Positions 45,129 through 59,845 are shown, numbered from the stretch's first letter. The stretch is DNA of 64,000 nucleotides from Bilabrum cf. latius (GCA_965178125.1 OZ237736.1:124001-188000); one strand, 5' to 3'. Notes: generated from the letters alone by a model not told the origin. A program made the numbers and translations.

Positions 45129-48100
45129 ATGACTGCACCCAGAATTCAGATAATCCAAGGCAGCGAGTGTGCATACAAGCCCGCTGTCACTGTCGGGGAA
45201 TAGGCTATTGCGCGTGAGTCCGTTGCAGATCCTGCAGATCCTGGCCAATTGTCGGGGTCGAGCTCTGCTTCCACTGCCAGTGAGGTGCCTAACACCCCAG
45301 CGCGTGATACAAATGCAACTACACTTACCTTGTCTTTGAGAAGTGCAGCTCTTGGAGAGGCCTCCGAAGCATCCACTGACCCAGCCCACCGGAACGATGC
45401 AGCCGGGCCAGAGGACGCTAGCAACGGGCCCGCATCGGATCCACCTACTGATCAAGACCCTAGTATTGAAGATTTGCTTGCATCCACCTGGGCTTCTGCT
45501 GCATCTGGCGCGGGTGCAGACGATCACGTGCCACCTGTTTCCCGGTACTCAGGGGCATCGGCGGGGGCTGCAGAAAGGATCATCACAACAAGCGGGGCAG
45601 CCGACGCCGGCGCGGCACTGAGAGAACTCGCCGTAGGAAAGGAGAAAAATGACGATGAAGACGAGTCTTCCAACTCCCAAGGCCGACAGCCCGCCTTCGA
45701 GGCCGCCAAGCACACCGTGGCCCTGTGGCCGCACGAGCAGAAGGACCGCAAGCGAAGGCTAGACCGTATCGGTGTGCTCTTCAGGCAGGACGTGCGCAAG
45801 GCGCTGGAGGGTTTCCCCGAGGTGGAGATGCTTTGGAGGCTCAGGGACAGGTTGCTAGACCCCGTGGGCTTCACCGATGAGGACAAGGCCAAGATCGAGG
45901 AGGCCCTGGGTCTCAAGTTCATCGATGCAGGGGGCATGGCCGGGGGCATCAAGGCAGTGCATGAGGGCCTGGGTCTGTTCCTGAAGTTCGCCTTCGACCA
46001 CCTGGGCATCTACGGCAGCACGCGCATGGCGGCCAAGGCGGCGAAGCGGGAGGCGGCGGCGAGTCGTTGGGTGCATGCGATGGACAGCGTGCACGTGTCG
46101 ACGCCTCTGCTAGAGTGCGTGGATGTGCGAGTGGATGTGTCGGGCGGTGGCTGGTATGTGATTCGCGTGCAGGCGTTTGCTCGTGTGGATGTGCAGGGGT
46201 GCATGGCATGGGACCAGGCTGCATTCCGGACATCGTATCGAGAGCAGCACGATGGGCGGGAGCCTGATGCTGGGGCATTTGAGGCTGCATTCGATGTATC
46301 GGTCCGTGAGACGACTCTGCGCGTGGGCTCATCGGACGGCGGCATCAGCATGCATCAGGACGATGAGCAGCTGGAGGACGTGGTAAAGCCACTGGCCCGG
46401 CACTTCAGGGTAGCAGAGTACGAATGTGCTAATGTGGCCACATTGGTGAGGCACGTGTACGTCCCGACAACGTCTGGCACTGGCGCACTTGACGCCGCTG
46501 CGGCCGGTGCCGGGTCATTGTCTACCCGCACGTTCCTGGATGTGCTGCAGGATCGAGGGATGGACCCAGCCAAAGTGTAGCGCCTTAGGGCGGCACTGGA
46601 TCCCGCCCGCATGCGGCTGACGGAGGAGGATGAGAAAAAACTCACACTGCAGGAGCAGGAGCTGGCCCGGGCTGTGTATGCCGCAATCAAGAGTACGGGT
46701 GCGAATCTGGACTACAGGAAGCCACTGCCCGACGTGGAGCACGTGTGCAAGCCGGTGCACGGTAGGAAAGTCAACATGCGACTACCATTCGACGTGGAGG
46801 TGCACCAGCTGGCCAGCGGGCAGCGGGTGGTGCTGGACACGCACCGTCTGCTGATTCCAGATGTGGTGTGGATGGACTGGATGGAGTCGGATGAGGCCAA
46901 ACCACGGGTGTGGGCGACCAAGAATGTCAAATGCGGACCTACCACCGAGCCGACTATGTACCATAGTCAACTGGGCTCCTGGTGTGCGGCTACAGATGGC
47001 CAAATAGTGTCACTGGAGAGTGTATCAGCAGCCTTACAGTGTTGGTGCGACTCCACCGATGGCTTGACTGGCATCCGTTTCCAGCCCAATGACATGCAGC
47101 GCCACATGGATACAGGCTGTGTCAGTGCCAGCGCCAAGGACAGCAGCGGGCAGGTGAACATGGTAGCGATCGTATCATGTCCTCGGTGGTATTACTCCGG
47201 GTCGGCCTCCATGACGTGCTTGCTGCCCCCCGAGGCCGCGCATCGGCTGCGGGAGCTGCTGGGCGAGGATGCATTCGAGGGCCTGAGCCCTGACCTGATC
47301 ATGGAAGGGGATGCAGGGGCTAAATCACGAGCTCGAGAGTGCATCGGGAAGCTGTATGAGAAGGCTCGTGCAGAGGTTGAGGATCGGTACCGAGATGAGC
47401 TGGCGCTGGAGGTGTGTCGCACTGTGGATGTGGATGTGCAGGCTAATTGCGAGGTGCATCGTGGTGTACTGAAGCGTGTGATGCATTCATTTGGGCTGGG
47501 GCTGAGGCATGTGGGTCTGCTTGTGGATCAGCTGTTGCAATAGAGGGAACGCTTGCAAGTACAGTAGGCTGTCAGTATCCCATCATTGCGCAGTACGAAT
47601 ATGTTGCCCTGGCTACGGGCAGCAACCATCATTGGTGTTGAGCAATCCACCATGAGGTGCGCAGTGGCAGCGTTTGTTTATGGTCGGGCCATGGTTTGCA
47701 ACTCTGGTGCGTTTCTAGATGGTGCTGCATTGCACGCATGTCTGGCACCTCCCGAGCGGACAACGACGCCTACGGCACATTGCGTTGGCACCGATCTGGC
47801 ATCGGAAGGCGGCATGTACAACAGAGAACCATTAAGGGCGGTGATTTCTTTAGTCCAAGGAATAGCACACACTCAGCGTGTGGGGGGTAGTGAACTGTAG
47901 AGGGTTCTCGGGGCACTCCGCAAGTTCTGTTCGAGATCTTCCGGCCTTCACACTGTTTCGGTGGCATGCGCAGCGAGACAGCTGAAACCAAGCTGTGGTG
48001 TCAAGATCACTTCGATACCTTTCAATGAACGAAATAGTGGGATGGAATGCTGGAGCAGAATAGCAGACTATCTACGGTCTGACTGCCAGTACAGCGAGGC

Positions 48101-49718
48101 TATGGACCTGTATGAGCATTGCAGGCAGGTCCAGGAGACCACGTTGGGCAAACAGCATCCCTCGTACGGGGCAACGCTTAGAACAATGGCTGAGTGTCTT
48201 TTCGAGTAGGGCCACCCCAGCAAAGCCATATCGATTCTCTCCAAATGCAAAGAGATCGAAGAAACTTCCATTGGAAAGCAGCACCCCGACTATGCTAGCA
48301 CTCTGAACGGCATAGCAGCGTGCCTAAGCACACAAGGCCAGTACGCGCGAGCGATGCAGCTATATGTGCAAAGCAAGTAGATCTACGAGACGTTGTAGGA
48401 CAAGCAGCATCCAGATTATGCCACCACACTATGCAACATGGCCGGGTGTCTGAAATCTCAGGGCCAATACAAAAAGGCTATCGAGCTGTATGAGCAATCC
48501 AGCAAGATCCAGGAAACCGTGCTGGGCAAGCAGCACCCCGACCACGCTGAAACGCTGGGCAGCATGGCGGGATGTCTACAGTCCATGGGATAGTACAGCG
48601 AGGCCATGGAGCTGTATGAGCAATGCAGGCAAATCCTGGCTAGCGCGCTTGGCAAGCAGCATCGGTACTACGCGGCCATTCTTTGCAGCAAATCTTTATG
48701 TCTACATGATCAAGGTCATTACAACGATGCGATGGAGCTGTATGAGCAATGCAGACAGATCCAGGAGACCACAATTGGTAAGCGGCATCTCGACTATGCT
48801 ACCACCCTGGGCAATATGGGTTAGTGTCTGTCCTCGTAGGGTCGAGACGAGGATGCCATGAGTTTGATTGAGCAATCCAGGCAAATAAAGGAGGTTGCAG
48901 TTGGCACGCAGCATCCTTCGTACGTCGCGACGCTGAACAACATGGCAGCATGTCTGGAGTCCCAGGGCCAGTACAGCGAGGCCATGGAGCTGTATGAGCA
49001 ATGCAGGCAGATCCGCGAGGCCTCACTAGGCAAGCAGCATCGTGACTACGCCGTCACGCTGAACAATTTGGCTGAATGCCTGCAAAAGCAAGGGAAAATC
49101 AGTGAGGCGTTGCAGTATTTCGAGCAATGTAGATTGATCTACGAAGCTGCGCTAGGTACACACCACCCTGAGTACGCTGCTGCAATGCACAACGAAGCAG
49201 AATGTCTGGTATCGCGGCGCCGATATGCGGAGGCTATGTAGCTGTTTAATAGGTCCAGGCAGATACTTGAGGCAGCGCTAGGGCGTCAACACGCATACAT
49301 TGCCGCCGTACTTAATGGGATGGCTAGGTGCCTATATTTGCAAGGCAAACTTGAGGAGGCCTTGAGATGCTTCGAGGACTGCCGGGGAATATCTGCAATT
49401 TCAATGGGCAAGTCTCACCCGAAATATCTCATGATACTATCCAGCATGCAGACAGTGTGCCGATCCTCCGACACACCTATCTGCTGCACCATCGATGTTT
49501 TGATCCACCTAGAGGAGGCCCTGGCCCTGCAGAAGGGCAAGCAGAGCCAGGAGTACAGGGACACGGTGCAGGAGCTGGTGGGGCTGCTGGTGGATGAGGG
49601 CAGGATGAAGGAGGCCCAGAGGTACATGACAGAGACAGGTGGGGCGATCAAAGGGTCAGATTCGACAAGTCCAAGCGTGAGGCGGCAGAACGCTGGTACA
49701 CGGGACAATCGGTTGTGA
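45129..49718 (+). CDS. Clu-like region plus a kinesin-light-chain-type 42-aa TPR array (~1529 aa with TAG=Gln)
   Basis: About ten repeats of HPxYATTLNNMAxCLxSQGQYSEAMELYEQCRQIxExxLGKQ; LKRVMHSFGLGLRHVGLL is Clu-like. Single frame ending at TGA 49716. Confidence 0.8.
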
Positions 49719-49877
49719 AAACTTGAAGATGATAGCGAGATTCGTATATCGATCGTCAAGGGCAGGCCAAGCGGTGGTACTTCCGACGGTCTCCCACACG
49801 CACCTGTGCTGCAGCGAGCCAAACATGACGACGGATTCAACACGCCCTGGGACCAGAAGCAGGGTCCAGCGATTCAG

Positions 49878-51472
49878 TCAGCTCTCCCATCGCAGCCCGC
49901 CTGTCACCTTGTCCACCACATCGTGCACAAGCTTCATCTGCACACCAGACCGGTAAGCGAAGTCAGGGCCGGCATATCCCCACCAGCTGCGGAGAGCGTG
50001 AGAAAAATGAGAAACAAAATGAAAGCAACGAGGTACCGGTGCTATCAGACGGTCAGAATACGGATTGAACCAACTTCCGGCGAGGATTCAGCCATACGTA
50101 GGTCTGATTGGATATAGCCTGATCCCTCCAACTCACTCGAAGCACCCCTCCGGATTCTCAGGGAACAGCTCGCTCTTCACCACGTACGGATACACCACCA
50201 CGATCCCGTTGCTCTCCGCCCACTCGTTCAGCCCCACGTGCTGGGCGTAAGCAGCACCGATGTCGGCCTCAGTCTGCTGGCACCCGTGGAAGGACACGTG
50301 CAGCCTGCACCTGCTCCCCTGCTGGCACGAGGAAGGCACGTACACGTACCCCATCTTGGCGATCGAGTTGGAGCCGCCGCCGAAGGGGGTCTGGTCGAAG
50401 GTCTTGAAGTTGGCCGCGATGGCGTCCACCGGTGGATTTGACAGCCCGCCCATCCGTGGGGGCGCCAGCAGGGCACCCAGCGCCAGCCCGGCACCATCGT
50501 ATCCGCATTTGCCGATGTAGGGCGAGCCCAGCTGGGAGCAGGCCTCCCCGAAGGACCCGTTGGTGGGGAAGCAGTGCTCGCCCTGGATGGAGTACTCGGT
50601 GCTGACCTTCCCTCCCTGGGCTTCGTCCACCATGATGCGGTAGTACGCCTCCGTGGTCTTGACCACCTCTGGCTTGACCACGGAATCGAGTGCCCCCGAG
50701 AAGACGAACACGGAGTCGTCGGCGAGGTTGCTCGTGTTGGCGACGCGGCCGCCGATGACGTCTAGGTAGGTCATGTCTGCCAGGGCCTGGGCATTGGGCT
50801 TGTCCAGGATGGGGTTCATGCAGGTGGTCACTGCCTGCGAATGAAACACAGCCACGTAAATAGAAACAATGATGCTTGCATTCGATTGGAGTCTACTGGA
50901 TGCTCTGCAACACGTTCGAGAAGCCCACGAAAGTGTCCGAGCATTGCTTACAGTTGTTAGTTGGCCTTGTGAGCAATAGAACGGTCCACCAGCTGCGATT
51001 AATATTCAGGTACAAAGTAAGCAGACGGAATTTCGTCGAATCGGCCAATGCAGCAGAAGAACGTAGCAATGGAAACTCACCGAATACAGCAGCTCCTTGG
51101 AAAATATCGGAGTACGCCACGTGCACCTGGGAACTTAAAGCAGTAAAGGCATCAAAAAAATCGCATTGCGCGCATGTGTATGAACCAGTGAATCTGCTAT
51201 GGTGTCTGCCGGGTAGGCGCGTACCTTTTCTCACCTAGACAGCCATAAACGCGCCCGCGGAAAGGCCGCTCACTGCATGTTACGAATGATACAATATTGT
51301 CATAGAAACCTATCTCGTTCCATCCGATGCTTGCTTCAAAATCTCTCAGAGGGGTGACACTCTCACCGGTCATGCTATCTTTATCGATCACATATGGCCC
51401 AAGAGGGTCAGCAAGACGGGCCACCGCAAACGAGCTCGATAGTAAAGCAATTATTCCTGTGGCAAAAAGCAT
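49878..51472 (-). CDS. Secreted poly(3-hydroxybutyrate) depolymerase-like esterase (multi-exon)
   Basis: Signal peptide; VSGLSAGAFMAV; HVAYSDIFQGAAVF; FSGALDSVV; YVYVPSSC...LHVSFHGCQQ; NEWAESNGIVVVYP; NPEGCF/WWGYAG. Confidence 0.8.
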
Positions 51473-51734
51473 ATCCGATTGTTGGACTTGGCACCGGCTC
51501 AAACAACTCGGTTCTCGCTCGTGGCCACGCCGACCTTATTGCGGAACCGACGCCGTCATCGTAGTGCGCGGCGACGACTCGCCACCCATCCGTGGATTGG
51601 TACACCCATGGGAGTTTGCCTGGCTCTATTCTCATGCAAACTCGTGACTACAGTAGTAAGTTCATGGAAGCATTCAAAAATCGCATTAATTCTCTTCCAA
51701 TAAAATAATCCGCCGGGCAGGCAATAGGGGTGTA

Positions 51735-52508
51735 TCACACCACCGGCTCCTCGTCCCCTCCTTGCCCCGAATGAGGCCCCCCACCTCCTCCAGGAGACAT
51801 ATCATTCAACGGGTTGGCAGTCGACCGCTCTGACCTGCTGTCCCCGCTGCCTCCCCTGCTCCTGGACAAACCCCCGTTCCTCTTCGAGTTGCTCGCTCCT
51901 GGATCGGCGGCGTATGGGTAGGGTGAGGGTACTGCCGAGCCTGCCGGGTTCTTTACCTGCGTGCTGCCATCGCCAGCTGGGCCAGCCATCTATCTAGGAG
52001 GTGCCATCGGCCCAGCATTCATTCGTCGTCTGTTGCCCCTCGAATCCGAGCTCCTCATCTGGTCTATCTCAGCAGCCCCGGTGCCTGCCGAGGACGACGA
52101 CGACGACGTAAACTATCCGTTGGCTCCGTACAGCATGAATCGAGTCCTATCACAGCAGTCACAACAATTGAGAGCTGCCCACTGTTCCAAAGGTCCGCGG
52201 CCCCACTAATCGCGATCCGGTGAATTGCATTCGATCGCACAGCCTATGATTCCTGTCATTAACAGCGCAAATCCTAGCACTGACAACCCAGCAACAATAT
52301 TGACGGCAACACCTCCGATATCATCTTGCCCATCATCACCAGATCGTCCCGGATCTGTGCCATTTCCAGAATCATTGCTGCCTAATTTCCCGACGTTCTG
52401 CAAGGAGCGAAGACTGGGCACTATTTGCTTTGCATGTGCAGCCACCAGTCCTAAAATCAAGTATAAATAAACAAATATCGACTTTGCAGCGCCTGGTAGG
52501 CTTCGCAT
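51735..52508 (-). CDS. Hypothetical single-pass membrane protein (probably one intron)
   Basis: Signal-like N-terminus, TM segment VAVNIVAGLSVLGFALLMTGIIGCAI, and a C-terminal exon ending ...DEEPVV TGA. Confidence 0.45.
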
Positions 52509-52658
52509 CACGAAAAATGTGCAACCATAGCGGTATTCTCAAATCAGCACCTTACATGAACATGAAAAATCGGATCGGCGATCGAGCCCCACACTAGTTG
52601 TACTGCTGAAACCTGATTGCTGGCTCGGTTCTGTGCATTGATTCTATTTAAACTAGTA

Positions 52659-55600
52659 ATGCGCCGCAGTTCGAGTCGAGACGGACTGCTTTTTCGTAGT
52701 AATTCAGCCACTAGATTGAATCGCCGCTTGCACAGCAGCAACTCACTCAGACCTTCCGAACCGGATACGACTGAGGACTGGGGCCCCGGTGGTACCCCTG
52801 AGAGAAAGTCGCACACCTAGAAATCTCATGATAGCCGGGAGGTCCGGCACGACTCTCGCGATCGCCCAAGGATTGCCGGGGCATCAACATCAACATGTAT
52901 GCCGAAGCTGCCGAAGCAGGAAAGAGTCCGCAATAGAGGTGATAGTAGTGGCTATGCGATAGCTCAGAGATATTCGTAGTCCATGTCGAGCGGTGTACTT
53001 AGCAAACCATCTGGGGCTAACATGACAGCCGGTGCGCGGAGATCTTTGCACCCTGCTGTGTCTGATAGCTTCGATATATTGGATGAAGACACCGATATCA
53101 ATCGCAATGGATCACAAATTGGTATTAGTTTAGCTTAGTCTGCCGACCGCATCAAGCAATGGGAGCAGAACAAGAAAGCCGAGCAGCAGCGCCGCGCCAA
53201 GCTGTGCCCGGTGGTGGCGACGAGGTCCAAGCCATCAGCTGTGGCAGGACGGGGGACAGGACGAGTGAGCGGACTGCTCCGAAGATAGGGTGCGGGGTCC
53301 GTCTCCAAGTACCGCCCGGCTGCACCAGCAGCAAGCAGGCCGCTGACACCTGCCTCGGCCAGGAGTGCCGCTACCGCCTTGCTCAACCGGCGAGAGCCCT
53401 CCCCGCCGGCCACCGGCCAGCTGCGAGGGAACAGCGGACTCAAGCGACGAATGGAGCAGGCCCGTGCAGCCCGCACGCAGTCGGTGGAGAGAAAGGCCCG
53501 GGGCCTCTTGGCAGGAATACCGGTAGCGGCAAGCGGAGCCAGATTCAGCGGGCAGACGCAGCGGCGGCAGGGAACGAGGGAGAGCGATTCGGAATCAGAA
53601 TCAGGCGCGTCCCACAGCGGCACCGATTCCGATGGGGAGGCACGGGGTGATGCTGGGGATCATCATGCCGAGGGTGATGCTGGGGGAAAGAAGAAGAAGA
53701 GCAGGAGGAGGAGGAGAAGGGCGAGAGGTCGCGGTAGAGGCGCGACCCGGGCATTCGGCAGCGGCAGCGGCAAGAGCGGAGCTTCCGAAGCAAGTGCAGA
53801 TGCGGCCTCGAGGAGGTAGGCTCAGGCGAAGAAGCATCACGCGGAATTCGACATGGCCGTGCTAGGGGGCGGCACAGATGCAGGCAAGGATGGGAGTGGT
53901 GGAGCTGTTGGCAGCCTAGGCGAGGATACTGAGATAGGAGAAGGGTCCCCAAGCATCGAACCAGCGCTAATCATGTCAAAGAACGCAAGGAGAAAGAGGG
54001 CAGCGAGGCAGCGAAGGAGGGAGAGGGCGGGGCGGGAGGCTGCTGCTGCAGCTGCCGGTGATACAGGCGACGACAGCAACAGGAGGCCAGAAAGTGCTGG
54101 GACAAGCACAGACACTACAGCGAATGGGGAGGACGAGAGCAAGACTCGCGCTATGGCAGCCTCGACACCAGCACCCAGGAGACGGGCACCTCGGGCGGCT
54201 GCCGCTGCAGCGACTGCCAGGCTGGCCAGCACCTTTGAGCCAAGCATCCACTAGTGCCGTGACAGCAGCTCGACCTCAAGGAGCTCCAGCTCATCTCTAT
54301 CAACCCCTCAATCAGCCAAACCAAGCGCCTCTGTGGAGCCATCTCGCAGGCCGAGACGTGCTGCTGCCTCCATGGCCTCCGCGCTGCTCACTGCCACACA
54401 CGCTGACGCACCGCCAGCACGCAGAGCAGCTGGAAGTGCCAGCGCCAGTGTTGGGCCAGGCAGCAAGGCAATGCATGGCAGCGATAGATCCGACGTGGAT
54501 GAAGACTAGGAAAGCAGCTCCAACAACTCAAGCAGCAGCAGCGACAGCGATAGCGACAGCGACAGCGACGGAAGTGCCAGGTCTGGGCGCAAGCGCCCCC
54601 GTGCCACCGTAAGCTCAACCAAGACCAATAATTCCGCCAGCAAGCAGCCCCTGAGGCGCTCCTCCAGAGCGAAGCAAAGCAGTCGTCAGAAGGCAGCTCC
54701 TTCTTCTGGTGCGGGAAGTAGCTAGAGAGCAGCTGCGTCTTCCTCGTCATCCGCGTCGTCCTCTTCAGCGCGAGCCAGCCGGCACTCGCCTGAGATCAGA
54801 CAGCCATCCATCCCAGCCCCTCTGCACGCATGGCGTCTCACCCCGCCTTCAACTGCAGAGCATCGTGCAGCCGAGGCCAGGGTAGAAGCTGCGCTGGGCA
54901 TCGACAGGGCATCCTCAAGCAGCCGTGGCTCGTTGGGCAAGCGGAAGACCAGGAACCCGGTGCCGGAGCCTGGTCAACACAGCGCCGAGACCGCCACGCT
55001 GCCATCGTGGGTAGCTCGCTGGAGGCACCTGAGCGCATCTGATATATCTTCAAGTCTGGTCAGCCAGCAGCTGTCCCCGTTTGTTCTGCCTCCCGATGCA
55101 GCGCATTGCCGTGCCCTCGGTGCGGCCTATTCCCGTCGGAGGCTCGGCTCCTGGCGAGTCCTCTCAGGCAGAGCTGCCTGGGCTGCGGCTGCCGCCGCCC
55201 GCAGCCGGACGGAGGGAGCATCTCGTGCGAACCGCCGGGGGCTTGCTTCTGCGCTGCTGCAGCGGGAGACCCAGAGCGGTGCGTTGGAGCGGGAGCGAGC
55301 CAAGCAGCGCGGCCTGTAGCTCGAGCCTAGCCCGGACGCACTGCGAAGGCTAGCCAGGCGGCCGTGGGGACAGCTGGTCATGCAGCAGGGGAAGCAGATG
55401 GTTGATCCATCTGCTAGTGCGTCGGGGACCTCTAGCTCTGCCCCAAGTGCAGCTGCTGCTATCACATCGGCTGCGGAGATGCAGCCAAGTGCCAGCACCA
55501 CTACAGCCGATGGCAAGGGCATCAGCACTAACAGCACATAGGCACGGCCTTCACTCGAATTTCACCTGGCATCTTCCGCTGGGCTGGCCCATAGGCGCGC

Positions 55601-58600
55601 CGTGTTCGATGGAACCTCTTGCATGTGGCACAAGAGCAGCCGCATTGGGGCCTCCAAACGCGGCGTGATCGCGACTGTCAAGAGGGCAATCGCCGAGGAG
55701 GACGAGGGGGGTTCCAGCGCCAGTGCCGCGGCTGTGAGAGCCGACGCATCCCTGGGCCGGTCGGTGTCGCAGTGGGTAGACGCGATGAGGGAGCAGCTGG
55801 CGGGCAACACTGACGGTCCTACGGGTTCTGTCGGCTTGTCTGGACTGTCCACGGCACAGCTGCAGCGCGAGAGGAAGAGAAGGCGCGTGCAGCTGGTGCG
55901 AGTTGCGACCGGCCTGCTGCACGGGACGGTAGATCTGGGAGAGACCGAGGTGGACTCGATGCGCAGGCTGCAGGAATGCGCCGCCATTCCTGGCGCACCG
56001 CGGGTGGTGGTGCGGGACCCCACCACCGTGCTGCTTCCTCTGGACGACACCAACCCAGTCCCCGACCCGGAACGCCCGCCCCGCGCCCACGCCCTGGACA
56101 ACCCTCGCCCTGCCATTCGCGCAGCGGCAGAGTCAAAAGCCAAGCGAGGGCATGGGCGCCCCGGTGCAGACGAGAACGAGGGCAGGACGGTGGCAGCGCG
56201 CCGAGCCAGCGCGCGCAAAGCAGCAAGGAAGCAGGCCGCCCAACGGAACCGGGCCTCCCGCGCAGCGGCGGCGGCTGTGCCCGACCTGCCACTGGACGAT
56301 GTGGAGCTGCTACCGTGGGAGGAAGAAGACAGGCTGGTGGGCGCGGCTGCCGCCGCTATCGCTGCGGAGGGCATGGAGCAGCTGAGGGCCAGGCACAGGG
56401 CGCGGTGGCCCCAGTGGTTGCGCCGCTTGCGGGATGGCGAGGCTCTGTTGCTGGAAGGCGTAGGCAGCAAGAAGGAGCTGTTGGAGGCCTTTGGTGCCTG
56501 GATTGCCGTGCAGGAGGGTGCTGTGGACGTGCCTCCGAGCCTTGGATTCAAGGCCGAGCCCGAGTGCCGGCTGCCGGGCAGGGCCGCCCCCTCACCGCCT
56601 GCCTGTTTGGTGGTGAGAGGATACGTGCCTGGGTGCGACCTGCGCACGGGCCTGTCTGCTGCGGCCCGTCGGCTGGCAGACGAGCACAAGGGCCTGGCAG
56701 AGCGCGCGATGCAGGCTGCGGGGAGCATGCACACGATGGCGGCGGATCGCGCAGCGCGTGCTCTCCTCGCCGTGCTAGACGCAGCTGCTGCAGACTAGGG
56801 CGGGCTGGTGCAGTCGAGCATCACGGCGGCGCTGGCTGGGGGTGGTCAAAGTGGCATGTTCACTGCAATGGGTGGTACCAATGGTGCGGTGCTCATGGCG
56901 CAGCAGGCGGCTGCAGGGGCCTTCCACGGCGGTCGGTCTGTTGCTGCTGGCGACTAGGATGGTAGCGCACACTAGCTGCACGACGGCGAAGACCTTGCAC
57001 GGGAGATGCAAGCGCTCGGTGCAATCGAGGAGGCGGCGGCTGCTTCCAGCTTGGACGCTGCCTTGGACGCAGCGGCCCTGTCTCCCGCATACTTTGCCCA
57101 CTGGCAAAAGTGGCAGGGCGCCAGCCCATCCACCGGATCTGCCGCCATGGAGTCAGGGTCCGACTCCGAGGCAGGTACGGGCATTGATGCGGATGAAGAA
57201 TTTGGCGAAGACGCTAGCAGCGACGTGGAGAGCGACAGCGGCGATGACATTGCGGTGCGCAGTGCCGTCCCCACGCTGGCCGGTCTGCTGCAAGGGCACG
57301 GCATGGCCAACGTGGCTGCAGCCAGCGGCCATGCAGACTTCGACAGCGATGACGAAAGCGACCACGAGAATAAAAAAGGCGGTCGCAAGAGCAGAGGCAA
57401 GGGCAGAGCCCAAGGGCCTGGCAGGGGCGGCGGCTCGGGAGTGACGTGGCGCGGAGACGCTGGGCTGCAACTGGAGGCGGCTCAGATCCTGCACATGAAT
57501 CGTCTGGGGGCGCAGGCAGCCGGTGCCCAGCGAGGGAAAGCAAGCGGCACTGAAGATAGTCATAGCGAGGATGAGGACGACGAGGAAGAGAAAGGATTCG
57601 ATTTGGGTGACAAGTCGGCGTCCTCGAGTAGCACCGGCGCTGGCAATGGCTCTGTGTCAGATGGTGACCGATCACGATAGCCCATCGCCTAGCCGCAGCT
57701 GTGCCCGTGGGTGCACGGTGACTCCAGCTGCACACAGGGCCCCAGGCTTCTGCTGATCGTGCACGGCATAGACGCTCCTGCCCTGCGCGCGCCTGCCACC
57801 CAGAGAGCCATTGCGCTGCTGGCAGCGCACCCCAGGGTACAGGTCGTTGCCACTGCTGACCACCCGGAGGCAAGGCAGCTGCTGCGCCGCGCAGCTGCGC
57901 AGGTGGAGCGTGGGGCCGTGGGAGATCCTCTGCCGCAGGACATCCGCAGCCTGCTTGCCATGCGACGGATGGGCAAGGGTGCAGGCAGCGGGTACCGGGG
58001 TGTGCCTGCATGGAGCGTGGTGAGGGCGCCGACGTACTAGCCGTTCAGTCGCGAGGAGCTCGCCTGCCACGGCGCTCCCCTGCTGGCGATGGGGGGTGCC
58101 CTGGGCTGGTAGGGCGGGGAGGAGGGTGGTCCGGCCGGGGCCCAGGGAACAACGGCACAAAGCTTCGGCTGGGTGCTGCGCAGCCTGACCCACTCCCACG
58201 CCAGCCTGCTGGTGGAGATCTCCAAGGGTCTGGAGGTGCAGAGGAAGCTGGCCGAGAGGCTGAGGAAGAAGAGGGGAGGGCTGACGCAGGCAAGAGGCCG
58301 CGGTGAAGAAGACGAGTAGCGGCCGGGCATGGGACTCACATCGGCTGACCTTGCGCAGATCGTGGAGGCCGGCGGTGACTCGGATTCTGATTCCGAATCG
58401 GAATCGGACAGCGACGCCAGCGAGTCTTCCGACAGCGACAGCGACGAAGAGGGGGGCCGCCGCAATACCCGAGGGGCCAAGTCAGGGAGCGCGCGCGGCT
58501 GGCGGACCCATCGGGTCGCCAAGCGCGCTGTCAAAGGCACCCTTCACGCGCCCCTGGCCGCCCCTGGCCTCCGATTCGACGCCCTGCTCCGGCGCTGCCT

Positions 58601-59258
58601 CGACGGCATGTTGGCGGACACGGACGCGCAGCTGAGGATGCTGCTCACGGAGCTGCGGGACCACGCTCTTGTGCGGGAGGTACCCAGGGCGGTGGCGGTG
58701 GCGCAGCTGGAGCCAGGTGCGGCACTGACTGGGCGGATAGGAGGCTCGAGCGGCGGGGCGGGTGGAGGGTCTGGTGGGCAGGCGTTACTGCAGCTGGGTC
58801 TGCCTGACGCCGCGGTTCGTGCACTGGCTGAGGGATGGGACACGGAAGAGGTGGCGAAGCTGCTGGAGGGTGCGGGGGGCGGGCTCGGTGGGAACGGTGG
58901 CGCGAGGGCACACGGTGTGACGAGTGATCGGGGGATGGCAAAGCGTCGCGGAGTGGGTTCTGCCGGTGGGCGTGGATCGAGCCGTCGCCCTAGTGGCGGC
59001 GGGTCTTCCTCCTCGTTCTCTGGCTATGGATAGAAGCGCGGTGTAAGTTTTGGGAGCACTGGTGCTGGGCGGGACTTGGAGGATGAGGAGGAGGACGATG
59101 GGCTTGGACTCGATGGAGTGGAGGACAGCGACGGTGATGATGAGGACCACGAGGATGAAGATGAGGGGGTGGGAGGGGGTTGGATGGGCGCGATCGCGTC
59201 AGGGCAGGCCGCCATGGAGGACGTGGACATCGATGAGGAGTTTGCTGACTGGGGGTGA
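52659..59258 (+). CDS. ORC2: Origin recognition complex subunit 2, greatly expanded (~2199 aa with TAG=Gln)
   Basis: ORC2 blocks in order: LLLEGVGSKKELLEAF, LVVRGYVP, LLIVHGIDAPALR...LAAHPRVQVVATADH, PTY[Q]PF..E, VLRSLT, FDALLRRC...LRMLLTELRDHALV. All in one frame, separated only by TAG. Confidence 0.78.
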
Positions 59259-59845
59259 CTGACACTTGCGTCATAGCCACCCCAGCGTGCTGATTGGGGG
59301 TGACTTGCACTGTAGTAACTCGGTATTGGCCGCATATCCACCCCACTGGCAGCGTGGGACCCGCTCGACGGTAGAACTGTAGGGAGGACTTTGACTGCCT
59401 GGCTGTAGGGGCAGCTGAAAGCAACAACCTCGCCATGGTGGTCGCAAACGTCAAGGCAGGGTTGGGCCGTAGCAGGACGGTCACGGTGTGCCGGCAGCGG
59501 GCGCCGGTGGGAACGTGAACGCTGGCGCACAGCAGGGGGGTAAGGAGTCCTCAGGGTGAAGCTCAGGTGGCTTAGGCCATTGCAGCTGAAGCGTGAAGCC
59601 TGGTAGGCCCCGGGCCTTCGTTCCAGATGTACCAGAATAATACCAGAATAATTTGTAGGGTAAAGAAACCACACAAAGTAATGTGTAACCACGAATGGCG
59701 GTCACACCCCCAGGATGCAAATGCTTGCGTGATACTAGTAGCGTGTGCTTTTGAAGTTAACCGAACCTACCGCGCTACCGGTAGCCTACCGCCGCACGGT
59801 GAGCCGAAGGCGATTGACGCCATCATAAACGAGTTGTAGATTGCC

